A stretch of 63,445 nt of DNA, the filler included, from Octopus bimaculoides (taxonomy: Eukaryota), in NCBI RefSeq assembly GCF_001194135.2. It is 7 parts of 6 records of this genome, joined end to end, with 100 filler letters (N's around TTAATTAATTAA, not from the genome) between each part and the next. Parts side by side here need not be neighbours in the genome. Positions count along the whole stretch, not along the records: positions 34,653 to 50,586 come from NC_068997.1; positions 50,687 to 58,121 come from NC_068989.1; 5 more parts are not named here. One strand, 5' to 3'. Shown here one piece after another: positions 39,871 through 51,589 of the stretch. Each line of letters begins with the position of its first letter. Position 1 is the first letter of the stretch. The position numbers and the translations under genes are program-made. The notes below the pieces were generated by a model. That model was not told where the DNA came from. It worked only from the letters and a program-made list of their open reading frames with translations, and ran no database searches.

Positions 39871-39968
39871 CAACCTTTGAAAAACTGACCGCTAACGGCT
39901 CAATCTTAACACACCCAGAGGGCGGCCAGCAGGTCTACAGATACCGCTTCTTATTCCACGTTCAGCAA
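39871..39968 (+). CDS. Candidate exon of unknown domain in the PAN cluster
   Basis: cactag acceptor; open phase-1 frame TFEKLTANGSILTHPEGGQQVYRYRFLFHVQQ; gtaatg donor in phase 0, which does not match the next candidate exon's main acceptor. Confidence 0.3.
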
Positions 39969-40023
39969 GTAATGTGTGTGCATATATATCCTTATGTGTG
40001 TGTGTGAGTTTCTTTCTTTCTTA

Positions 40024-40116
<93 letters not shown>

Positions 40117-40177
40117 GGTGTATGTATATTATGTGTTAATACACAAATAATAGTAAAATAATGTCGTTGTTTTTCAG

Positions 40178-40267
40178 ACAAGTTTGACAACGACCCAAAT
40201 GTTTTGAGGGATTTAAATGAAAAAGGGTGTGATCTGAAATTTCTCTATGTTCTCAACGTCATAGATG
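40178..40267 (+). CDS. Candidate phase 1-1 exon (90 nt) in the PAN cluster
   Basis: gttgtttttcag acceptor; KFDNDPNVLRDLNEKGCDLKFLYVLNVID; gtaaag donor; the other two frames hit stops. Confidence 0.4.
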
Positions 40268-40735
40268 GTAAAGTATAACTTTCAGTAACTTATTCATGTA
40301 GCATATTTGTTTTAGTAGTGCTTAACTAAAGATATCAATGAGAGCAATTTAAGTCTCTAAATCCTAAGAATGTGAACGCGATCAAATCCTTTTTCTCTCA
40401 AACAGGTCAACTAATATTTGCTCTGTTGTAATCAGATTGCTATGGTTTGCTCCTTCTACTATTCTTTTATTTGTAGTATCGCCCTTCGTCTCCGATTGAT
40501 CGCTGGCATTTTATTTTAATATAATTTTTGTCAATTTAAAAAATTTCATTTTTTCTGATTCAGTCCTTAATCTCTTCAATCTCGGATAAAAATAGTAAAA
40601 CAAGTTTTTAATTTTTATTTCTTATTTATACCAAAATACAGGTAAATAACACGTATTGAGTAAATGTTTAAAGAATTCAATAATCAATATGCTTAATCTT
40701 TAGCAAGGATAAATGAAAATTTTGTTAACATTAAG

Positions 40736-41110
40736 TTGTTGTTGTTGGCACTCCGTCGCTTACGACGTCGAGGGTTCCAGTTGATCCGACCAACGGAACA
40801 GCCTGCTCGTGAAATTAACGTGCAAGTGGCTGAGCACTCCACAGACACGTGTACCCTTAACGTAGTTCTCGGGGATATTCAGCGTGACACAGTGTGACAA
40901 GGCTGACCCTTTGAATTACAAGCACAACAGAAACAGGAAGTAAGAGTGAGAGAAAGAGTACAGCAGGGTTCGCAACCATCCCCTACTGGAGCCTCGTGGA
41001 GTTTTAGGTGTTTTCGCTGAATAAACACTCACAACGCCCGATCTGGGAATCGAAACCTCGATTCTATGACCGCGAGTCTGCTGCCCTAAACACTAGGCCA
41101 TTGCGCCTCC
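40736..41110 (-). mobile_element. SINE family A
   Basis: Reverse complement of the 39198 copy. Confidence 0.85.
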
Positions 41111-41252
41111 ACTTGTATATATGTATATATAAACACGTATATAAACATATATATATGGATGCATACGTACATGCACTGCACGTGTACCTACATATATAAA
41201 AAGATATTCGTGGATGCATGTATGGGCTCTCGCACACGCCTCCGTATGTATG

Positions 41253-41286
<34 letters not shown>

Positions 41287-41406
41287 TGTATGTGCACGTT
41301 TAAATCAGCCGTAGAATTGGTATAGTAACATTCACAAATGTAAAAAAAACACAATTTCATAGCGCTTTCCATTCCTCATATTGTTTTACCTTTTATATTT
41401 CCACAG

Positions 41407-41603
41407 AGAGAACGTATCCTAGCGATGATACTATGCGGAGGGGAGTTCTTTTCTCCAAGCGGCAGAACACATCAGGTAACATTAAGATGACACCAGCCAT
41501 CGATGTTGATGGCATTTTCGATTGTGCAATCAGATGTATGACATCTTCGGAATGTCTTGGTTTCAAATACGAGTCACAATGTCAAATGGCAGTCAAATAT
41601 TGA
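41407..41603 (+). CDS. Terminal PAN/apple-domain exon C (absent from the ORF track)
   Basis: ttttccacag acceptor, phase 1. Reads RTYPSDDTMRRGVLFSKRQNTSGNIKMTPAIDVDGIFDCAIRCMTSSECLGFKYESQCQMAVKY*, with C-x3-C-x5-C-x-G-F-x-Y spacing. Confidence 0.72.
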
Positions 41604-41930
41604 AGTTCAAGAGAATTCTGTAAAACCTGTTCTTCACAAAAACATACAAGGAGAATATATTTTTGTCTTTCTTTTTTTGTGTTGCAGACATCTTGCGGAT
41701 ATCTGTGACGTTTTCGCTTTTCGAATGATATCCTACGCTGTCCATAACTAGTTTTGGAAATGTATGTTTCCTGATAAATCTAGTATTAGTTATGCTTTTT
41801 GAAATAACATCATCGTTACAGTGGTGTTTGTATATTGCAGCCATAAAAAAAAATATAGAAGAACCATGCCATAATGATTAACATTTATTGTGAAATCTAG
41901 TAGTGTTCAATTGCACAAATTTGTTTATAG

Positions 41931-41984
<54 letters not shown>

Positions 41985-42434
41985 TAGTGAAGATTTCTCA
42001 CAATTGTCTTATGACAATGTAAATGAGACTCTGGGCAACAGTTTTGTGTATATTTTTCATCATCAATAAAATAATAATGCTCTCTGTTATTGGTATTCGA
42101 GTGCTATTTTTCTCCACGTTGTNNNNNNNNNNNNNNNNNNNNNNNNNNNNNNNNNNNNNNNNNNNNNNNNNNNNNNNNNNNNNNNNNNNNNNNNNNNNNN
42201 NNNNNNNNNNNNNNNNNNNNNNNNNNNNNNNNNNNNNNNNNNNNNNNNNNNNNNNNNNNNNNNNNNNNNNNNNNNNNNNNNNNNNNNNNNNNNNNNNNNN
42301 NNNNNNNNNNNNNNNNNNNNNNNNNNNNNNNNNNNNNNNNNNNNNNNNNNNNNNNNATATATATATATATATACATCTAAGTCTGTATGAAAACATGTTC
42401 TTCTTTCCTACGGATATATCATCCAAGCGTACAC

Positions 42435-42510
<76 letters not shown>

Positions 42511-43409
42511 CAGGGGTCTTCCACACACTTTTCATGTATTAAATTCACTCACAAGCTCATTGTTCGGCACATGGATAGTGGGGTAGAAAAACTTGCTAAA
42601 GATCTCTCGCACTATACACAAAACCCCAAACGACATGATTGCAACTACGGCTGAATTACAATTTCCTTGATATTAGATTTAGCGTGTAAAGATAGGGGAC
42701 GACCGAACTGGTCAGTGAAAAGCATACATAAGACAATGACACAAAACAATATGAATTGGAAATTAAGTCCTGACTTGGAATCTGAATTGCGTGATAAAGT
42801 GTCATAAAATGGCTGACATTGATACTGACGTGTTTGTAGAACGACATTTTGCTTATTTATTGTTATATAATACAAAGTAAAGCTGCGTGAAACTACATGA
42901 TTTTATGTTATGTACTTTTGACACGTAAATTTTCAATAGCATAACTTTCTCTTCAAGGATTCCTTTCAAGCAAGTACGATGTTGAGAAGTATATGAAGGG
43001 GGTGGGGCTGAAATGTGGTTTGCTTCTTAATTTCTTTTGTTTTTAATTGATTAAAATAGCCAATGGTGATAATGGCAAATCAATCCAGTAAACCTTAAGA
43101 AATGAATCTGGCTTCATATGTAAACACACAGACACAGACACAAGCACACACAGACACACACAAACATAGAAACATACATACATACACACATACATACACA
43201 CATATATGCATACACACATGCATGCATACATACATAGATACATATATACATACAAACATACATGCATACATTAATAACTACCTACCTACCTACCTGCCTG
43301 CCTACATGCATACATGCATACATACGTACATATATATTTATTATTTCTATGCATGTATGTATCTATGCATGCACGTATATATATATATATATATATATAT
43401 ATACGTTCG

Positions 43410-43455
<46 letters not shown>

Positions 43456-43652
43456 TGTTTCCATGCATTATCTACCGCCATTTCTTGTTATATCACCAGT
43501 TCCCTAGTTACGCTGCGTTCTGCCGCTCCACCCTCACTCATTCTATCTCGCACACTCGCTCTCCCTTTCTCTCCCCACTCTCTCTAAATATAATATACAA
43601 TTTAATCTCCACTTCGAAGTAGATCTTAGTAATTTATTGGAACCAACAAGTC

Positions 43653-43680
43653 ATGTGGAAACATCTTCTATTCTGCTTTG
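43653..43680 (+). CDS. First coding exon, signal peptide part 1 (MWKHLLFCF)
   Basis: ATG, 28 nt, then a perfect G|GTAAGT donor in phase 1. Confidence 0.6.
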
Positions 43681-44384
43681 GTAAGTTCACTTTGTCTTTG
43701 TCATTTCTGTTGGTATTGATGCTATTCTTGTACAATATTTCATCAGCTTGGGCCCCGCAGACCTGACTATCGCGTGATTTATTTTATTTGCGTGACATAG
43801 TCTATCTAGGAGCACATTATTCCATGTAACCTTCATGTTTTTAAAGACGACAATAGGCCCCATAATAATGGCAGATTTAGTTGCTCTTTCCGGCAGGTTA
43901 AAACACTTTGTAAATAAATCCTTAGATGAATCGATTAACATTAGGCTGAAATTGGCCCAACTATACTCAGGTCGGGTTTAATATAGCAGGCCTAAAATAA
44001 AAGACCTTGCATCTATGACCATTGCATCTGTCCTTGGTCAGTTATAAGGTGTCAAGAATTTCGTCATCGAATCGACTCTTTTCAGTTAAGATTGCAGAAT
44101 AGAATTTCGGGTACGTTTGACTTCTGTTTCCTCTCACCTCAACTGTATGGCTTAAACGTAATGTCGACCTTGGTGACGTTTGAACTGAAGACACTGAAAA
44201 CGGAAACAGAAATCCTAAGGTATTCTCTCTTGCAGTAAATCACCAGTATTGTGTAGCCCCAAACCCAACCCTCATTGGATACTCACTTATGCTCAAATGC
44301 ATTCCAACCGTGATCATTCTGTATATTTTCTAAGAATACTAAACCCGCAACTACATTATTCAATAAATTTATTTTTCTAAAACA

Positions 44385-44690
44385 GGCATATGGCGTAGTG
44401 GTTGAAAGCGCGGGCTACTAACTCCAAGATTCCGAGTTCGATTCCGGACAGTGATCTGAATAATAATAATAATAATAATAACAACAACGATGATGATGAT
44501 GATGATAAAGATGATGATGATGATGATGACATCGAAAACTACCTTAGGAATGAGGACCCAGGTTCGAAATTTCCCCAAGACACCTGATGAAGGCTGGAGG
44601 GTATATCAGCCGAAAAATTGTGTTAACAACAAACAAATGTAAATAATGTAAATAATGTACATGATTCCTCATCTCTTAAATATAGAACTG
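44385..44690 (+). mobile_element. tRNA-headed SINE family C with AAT/GAT spacer and hammerhead-bearing tail
   Basis: A box TGGCGTAGTGG (44391-44401), B box GTTCGATTCC (44436-44445), and CTGATGA-A-GGCTG...CAGCC-GAAA at 44584-44615. Confidence 0.7.
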
Positions 44691-45447
44691 TATTGTTGTT
44701 GTTGTTGTTTAGCCCCAGGCTCGTCCTGACTTAGAAAACGCATCATCAAAGTTGTTTCAGTCATGGAACTCTCATCTTGTGGTCATCTAAAAAAACGTTT
44801 TCTTGTGTATCCCTCCGTTTTTAAGAAGGTAGAGATTGAATTAATACAATTTGGCTGCTGTTTGTAACACAGCGACTGATCATGTAGAATCTCCCGCGTT
44901 GATGTCGACTAGTTGCCATAGAAATATTTTATTCCATTTCTTCTTCTTCTTCTTCTTCTTCTTCTTCTTCTTCTTCTTCTTCTTCTTCTTCTTCTTCTTC
45001 TTCTTCTTCTCCGTCTTCTTCTCCATTTATTTCTTTTTAATTATTTTTATTTCATCTTGTTGAAAATACTTCTTGATAAGAACGATGAAAGAAAAAGCGA
45101 TGCTTACTTTCAGTGTGTTTAACGAAAAATGGATGAGAACTGCGAGACTGGCGAAACTGCAGAGATCTTCCCCTGAACTTGCTCTTCTCAGTTGAAGGAA
45201 TTGGGAGAGCGAACAGTGGCAGAGTAATCTGAGGCTAGCCTTCTCCCATATTAGGAAATATTTTTCGTTTATTTGTTGAACAGCTTTCTGAGAATTTCTT
45301 TTGATCCTTTATTTTTCTTAGCCTCATTTCACACGATGCAAACCCGGCAGTTGTTTTGTGTTGTATGTTCGTATTTTGTACTTGTATTGTCCTAAATGAA
45401 ACCCCCCTCCTTTTCATCATCATCATTATTATTATTATTATTATTAC

Positions 45448-45507
<60 letters not shown>

Positions 45508-46379
45508 GTATGCTGCGGAGTACGTCAGGCGTGTTTTTGAACGCACGAAATAATTCCTCGTTAATTTCATTGCGTACACCCGTTTGAAATTGTCTTTTGG
45601 TTGGAATTTTCACCCCAAGTGGTAACTGAAAATTTTAGGAACCCGTTACTGGGTCAGTTGTGGCTGTTTTGCCCCTTAAGGGGAAAATTTCGGCCCTCCT
45701 GAAAATTGCTCGAGAGGCATTAAGAACAATAATTTTATTAAGACGGCGGTATCTTCCTTAAAACTTTTCAAAGGCAAATCAATTCCTCCCCCAGCCTTCT
45801 TATAGCTGAAGACTTCCCTCCGCTTCCTTCTCTTACCAAAAATTGTGCAGGAGAAGGGGAGGAGACAAAAGAGATGGAAACGGACAGAAGGAAGAGGTCA
45901 TTAGTGAAAAAATGTCTATGACAACAATAACGGCAGCATCAGAAGTGGTGGTAGTGGAAGTGACGAAAGCGGTGGGGATAGTGGCAGGATAGATAGCAAA
46001 TATGGAAGCAGTAACGACAGTAGCAGTAACAGTAGCAGAGAAGCAATTCAGGCAGTGGCGGCAGGAGCGACGATAGCGGTGGTAACGGAGTGCTTCGAGG
46101 CAGCGGTGGTAGTGGCGATGGTAGCAACAATGAAAGTGGCTTTCCCATCCCCACCAAGAGTAGTAAGACGTTTTTTGCCGGCGTCTCAAAAGAGCATTTT
46201 ACACTCTCCCTAGGAAATCAAACCTCTAACAAAAGCTATCACCACCAGCACAACCAACACCACCACAACCCCACATCACCTCCAAAAGAATGCTTTTGGA
46301 AGAACTGCTAAACTCTCAGACCCCGAATTCTGTGTTAGTGAGGAGAGCAAATAAAGATGTCATGGCCCTCATAACTCGA

Positions 46380-46650
46380 AATAAAGAGATTGAGAGAGAG
46401 GGAGCAATAAAGACACCAAAACGCTTAAATTGCCGGAAGAGCTTTTGTTAGTGCGTGTGCCACCAACAACGTACAAAAACATTGGGGACGGAGCAGCCAG
46501 GTTTCTTCCGATGTTTGGAGATTTTTCCTGAGACATCTCGCTCTTTAGTTCTAGCAGGCGATCGGAACACCATCCTGGATGCACGCCTGGATAGTGTGGG
46601 GTTAGCTGATAGGAGAGGGGGAGTGCAAAGGCGTCACAAACCAGGTGCCT
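46380..46650 (+). mobile_element. Tx1/L1 endonuclease fragment
   Basis: LEIFPETSRSLVLAGDRNTILDARLDSVG is a degenerate GDxN motif. Confidence 0.6.
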
Positions 46651-46843
46651 AGCTGCAGGCCCACGAACTTCACCTAATTAATCTTTGATCCTGTCACCGC
46701 TTCGTACTCCCTTGAAGTAGAGCCGAGAGTAAAACCAACTCGAAAACTAGAAGTCACAGCTCTACTGTTGTAGTGAAGGAGCTTGTAGATTAATACTAAT
46801 TTTATTTCTTTATCATAGTACATATATCATCTTCTCATTTCAG

Positions 46844-46876
46844 TATTGAATATATTGCTGAAGGCCCAGGGAACAG
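46844..46876 (+). CDS. Second coding exon, signal peptide part 2 (VLNILLKAQGT)
   Basis: cttctcatttcag acceptor, 33 nt, phase 1-1, CAG|GTATGT donor; completes the hydrophobic core and an A-x-G cleavage motif. Confidence 0.65.
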
Positions 46877-47074
46877 GTATGTAAGTTGAGANNNNNNNNN
46901 NNNNNNNNNNNNNNNNNNNNNNNNNNNNNNNNNNNNNNNNNNNNNNNNNNNNNNNNNNNNNNNNNNNNNNNNNNNNNNNNNNNNNNNNNNNNNNNNNNNN
47001 NNNNNNNNNNNNNNNNNNNNNNNNNNNNNNNNNNNNNNNNNNNNNNNNNNNNNNNNNNNNNNNNNNNNNNNNNN

Positions 47075-47111
<37 letters not shown>

Positions 47112-47577
47112 AATATATGCACACAGACATCTCAAAAGTAAATATACTCGCCTTTCTTTGTGCAGACACGACTCATTACTACGATGCATCAAAACGGTAA
47201 CATCATTAAATACTGCACAAGGCGTTTGTAAAAATAGTGAATAAAATATTTCAACCTATCAAATGACATTATTTTGTTTGTTGGAAAATAAATCTTATGG
47301 AAATGATGTCGAATATTTACTTTCAAGATGTCTGTGTATTTACGAGTGTTATACCGAAACTCATGCAAATGTAGACATAACGTTTTTATTACCAGTTATA
47401 GGTCGTCCAAATTACATATATTGGTAGAGTAACTATTTTATTTTAGCGATGCTTAAAATACTTGGATATTAGTAACGGAAGTGATATTAATCTTGACCTA
47501 CATTCCGAAATTGGTGCACTCTGGAAACAAACTAAACACATACCGTTGTATAGCGGTTATTATTTCCTAAAATATAT

Positions 47578-47885
47578 TTCGGGGTCGATAAATTAAGTAC
47601 CAATTGTGTACTGGGGTGGGTCTAATCGACTGCTCCCCCCCCCCAAAAAAAAATTTCAAGCCTTGTGCCTGTAATAGAAAAGAAAAGAAACGTTAGCATG
47701 CCGGGCTAAATGCTTAGAGCTATATTTCGTCTGTTCTGGGTTCCCATTCTTCCGAGGTCGACTTTGCCTTACATCCTTTCGGGGGTCGATAAATTAAGTA
47801 TCGGTGAAACACTGGGGTTGATGTAATCGACTTATCGCCTCCCTATAAAAATTGTAAGCCTTGTACCTTTAGTAGAAAGGGTTAT
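47578..47885 (+). mobile_element. One partial and one near-complete SINE family B copy
   Basis: Matches the family unit; ends about 15 nt before the acceptor of exon D. Confidence 0.75.
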
Positions 47886-47902
47886 TTATATTTTTTATGC
47901 AG

Positions 47903-48132
47903 TTGCCGAAGCTAATTTTCCAAGCACAAGTAAGTTCATGAAAGTCAGCAAAACCAGACCTCCTAAATATATCAAGTGGACAGAGAAGAAAATACCTCTC
48001 GAAAATTGTGCAGATACATGTCTTAAAATGCAGACATGTAAATCTTTTACTTACTACAAACAACGATCCCACTGCAGACTGTACGAGACATGGAGCGGCG
48101 AAATCCGAATGGCTCATGCCAGAAAACAGTAA
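47903..48132 (+). CDS. PAN/apple-domain exon D ending in a stop codon
   Basis: ttttttatgcag acceptor, phase 1. Reads AEANFPSTSKFMKVSK...ENCADTCLKMQTCKSFTYYKQRSHCRLYETW...ARKQ*, with C-x3-C-x5-C-x-S-F-x-Y...C-x-L-Y. Confidence 0.8.
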
Positions 48133-48559
48133 ACGGTAAACATTCTTCTTCTTGTTCTTCTTGTTGTTGTTCTTTTCTTCTTCTTCCTCCTCCACCTCCT
48201 CCTCCACCCCTCCTTTACCCCTTCCCCCTCATTTTCCTCCACTTTCTCATCCTCCTACTCCACTCTTTCTCCTCCACTTGCTCTTNNNNNNNNNNNNNNN
48301 NNNNNNNNNNNNNNNNNNNNNNNNNNNNNNNNNNNNNNNNNNNNNNNNNNNNNNNNNNNNNNNNNNNNNNNNNNNNNNNNNNNNNNNNNNNNNNNNNNNN
48401 NNNNNNNNNNNNNNNNNNNNNNNNNNNNNNNNNNNNNNNNNNNNNNNNNNNNNNNNNNNNNNNNNNNNNNNNNNNNACCCTCTGTCTCCTCCTCCTCACC
48501 CTCTGTCTCCTCCTCCTCACCCTCTGTCTCCTCCTCCTCACCCTCTGTCTCCTCCTCCT

Positions 48560-48790
48560 CCTCTGCCGCCTCCCTTCCTCTTTGCATTTCTATTTTCGAC
48601 AATGCCTTCAGGTTTGTGGTCGTACCAATGTTTTGCTCTGTCAAGTCCATACTTGTTGCAAAGTGTCCAATGGACAAGCCTGGCTATATCGCTGTGGCGT
48701 CTCTTATATTCTTTTTGGGCTAGTGGCGTACATTGGCTGGTAATATACTGTACGGTTTCACCGTTTTGTCCACAGTTTCTGCACACCGCT
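48560..48790 (-). mobile_element. R4/Dong-like LINE fragment
   Basis: CRNCGQNGETVQYITSQCTPLAQKEYKRRHSDIARLVHWTLCNKYGL...WYDHKPEGIVEN. Confidence 0.8.
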
Positions 48791-49431
48791 TTCTGCTGTG
48801 TTGTCTATATTATTATTATTGTTATTATTGTTGTTGTTGTTTTTGTTTTTGCTGTTGTTTTTTACCGATGAGTGTGTTAAATAACAAGGCACTAAAAGAG
48901 GATAACTCTCCCCAGACACCACAAAATAAAAGAGTACTAGACAACTAAATAGTTCGTAATAATCCTGACATAATTTTCCAAGACAAATAGGGAAATATTG
49001 CTGGAATTACGAACATAGCAAAACCAAATGTTAAGAACATGCAAACTGTAAAACTAAAGAATTACACAGAACTAATGCAAAATATTTGATATTTAAGAAA
49101 ATAAAAGCATTACTCCAAGTTTTTCAGTTTTCATTATATAACTGGTATGATAAACAACCGCTTATGGTACGTACTCCCACAAATAATCTATCATGGTAAA
49201 CACAGGAATGTACCATAATACAGTAGTAATGTGTGTAAAATAGCCTGTCGAAAATATTTGTTAACCATAAACATTTTTGATAATACGTAACAAACTCGTC
49301 ATATATGAACAAATATATTAACCATGACTTTTTTGATAATGAAACCGTAATTTTGTTACTGTTTCATTATCAATTTATTTTCTTGTATGAATTTATTATT
49401 GTTCTTTTTATTTATTTTTTTGTTGACACAG

Positions 49432-49665
49432 AGACATGTCCCATCAATGTTTTTTACGGTGGTAAGTTTACAAATTCGAAATTTATATCCACACTAAAAC
49501 CGAAATCATACATTGATTGTCTGAAAGCTTGTAGAGACACTACTTCATGCTACTCTACTAACTTCAACGTGAACACAACCACATGTTACTTGAATCCCGA
49601 TAACTCTACTGGCTTCAATATCAGAAGACGATCCAAAAACTGGATATCTACTGAAGTCGACAGAG
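49432..49665 (+). CDS. PAN/apple-domain exon A2 (phase 1-1, 234 nt), paralog of A1
   Basis: acacag acceptor, gtaact donor. Reads ETCPINVFYGG...YIDCLKACRDTTSCYSTNFNVNTTTCYL...NWISTEVDR; 44/78 aa identical to A1; NTT and NST sequons. Confidence 0.85.
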
Positions 49666-49719
49666 GTAACTGAAACATTTTAATCTATCTCAGATAACTT
49701 AGATAATTCAGATTGGTTT

Positions 49720-49764
49720 CGGCCATTATCGGTCATTATCGGCCATTTCGGCCATTATCGGTCC
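49720..49764. repeat. 10-bp minisatellite (cggccattat) x about 4.5
   Basis: Direct reading. Confidence 0.85.
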
Positions 49765-49799
49765 AGACTATGACTAACTCAATAGCACCACCTGGAAAA

Positions 49800-50040
49800 G
49801 TCTTTTAATTAATTATTTCGGGACACCATGGACCACTGAATCAGAGAGTTGCTGTTGGCTGAGACGTAGGTGGTTTGTCCGATATTTGTCCAGGTACCGT
49901 TTGAAAGTTGTGGTGTTTTTTTCTACTTCAATTTCTTTCGGGATTACATTGAAAAGAGCAGGACCATTTGCAGTGAGGAAATTGTGCCGCAATATTCTTA
50001 TGTGATGTGATCTCGACCTTTGTAGGGAACGCATTGCACG
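49800..50040 (-). mobile_element. CR1-type LINE 3' end fragment
   Basis: RHNFLTANGPALFNVIPKEI...FKRYLDKY. Confidence 0.7.
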
Positions 50041-50200
50041 GGGGTGGGGAGGGGGCTAGTATTGGGTGAATTGTAAACATAAGACCGATATCATTTGAAT
50101 AATATTCGTGGAATATTTTCCACTTGGTGCAAATAATATATTGCTCACGGCGGCGTTGCAGTTCTCTGCTTCAGCTATTTAAGTCGAGCCCAATAACCAC

Positions 50201-50269
<69 letters not shown>

Positions 50270-50529
50270 CCTTGAAAATGGTAATTTCAAGGTCATTTGT
50301 TGGTCATACGCAGAAAGAAGACCCAAAGAAATTTCAACAAGTGACATCTTTCTGCTAATGTATATGTTTGTTTCTGTGTATATGCAGACATATACACATA
50401 GGTTCACATATACATACAAGCATACATACATACATACATACGTACATACGCACATACATACATACATACATACATATATTCATACATACGCACATACATA
50501 CATAAGTATGTGTGTGTGTGCGTATGTGT

Positions 50530-50586
<57 letters not shown>

Positions 50587-50630
50587 NNNNNNNNNNNNNN
50601 NNNNNNNNNNNNNNNNNNNNNNNNNNNNNN

Positions 50631-50642
50631 TTAATTAATTAA
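50631..50642. other. Artificial linker TTAATTAATTAA
   Basis: N44 on both flanks. Confidence 0.95.
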
Positions 50643-51589
50643 NNNNNNNNNNNNNNNNNNNNNNNNNNNNNNNNNNNNNNNNNNNNCCAACCATAGTCAA
50701 CACGACTTACTATGCACACCAAACTAAACCACCGCGGCAAATCTCTCTTCGATTCTGTTAGGTGACTTAGCTTCACCACGATAATAAACAGACAAGAATT
50801 ACAGCCTGCGATACTTCCAATTGTGTACTCAAGAACTTGGTATAAAACTCTCACGTGTACTGACTTTCTATCTGCTGTAATATCTCACATACACATACAT
50901 GTATCACTCACATACATTTTTTTCTTTGTACGACGGCCTGTCTTTTATTATGTTCTTGTATGTCGCATTCACACTCTCACATACACATACATCTTTATGC
51001 CACACTAAATATCTCTTGTTATTCATTTTATACGGTTGTGTTTATCATCTTCTATCGTCACATTGCAAACAATTTCATCTTGGGTTAAAAAAAAAATTTT
51101 CTTCAAGGTTTTCGCTAATGGTCGTACAGAGATTTGTCTGTCGACCGTCTGTAAAAGCGCACATCTTCAAACACCATCATCTCCAAGCAGCCTTTTCGCC
51201 ACCAGCTTCGTTCAACCAAGATTACCACCGCGACGACAACAACTACTACTACTACCAACTACAAGCATTCCCCCGACGTCGCCAAGTTTNNNNNNNNNNC
51301 AACAACTACTACTACTACCAACTACAAGCATTCCCCCGACGTCGCCAAGTTTCAACTGGACATCATTACCACCGTCAATACCATTACCACCACACATACA
51401 GAACAGAGCTATATTACAGTTCCTGCGCCGACGTCTTCTCCATCAATGTACAATCTACCACAATGTCGTGCGCCAACAACCCCACCACCAGGGACACACC
51501 AGATCAACACACTCGGTTTTATCTTCACTGTGGAGTGGAATTTATCCACTCACGCACAACAGTCAGAGCTAGCCGACTTGGATATTTAA

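Noticed and set aside
43687-43941. 84-aa minus-strand ORF as a C-type lectin-like exon
   Set aside because: Only a vague W...C...AIVRS resemblance; Cys spacing is wrong, there are no convincing splice sites, and it is antisense within the PAN gene intron.
48128-49434. Direct in-frame splicing of exon D to exon A2
   Set aside because: The available donors are phase 2 (48129) or lie after the TAA (48136), whereas A2's acceptor is phase 1.
51240-51350. 50-bp direct repeat around a 10-N gap
   Set aside because: An identical sequence on both sides of a tiny gap is typical of unmerged contig overlap.
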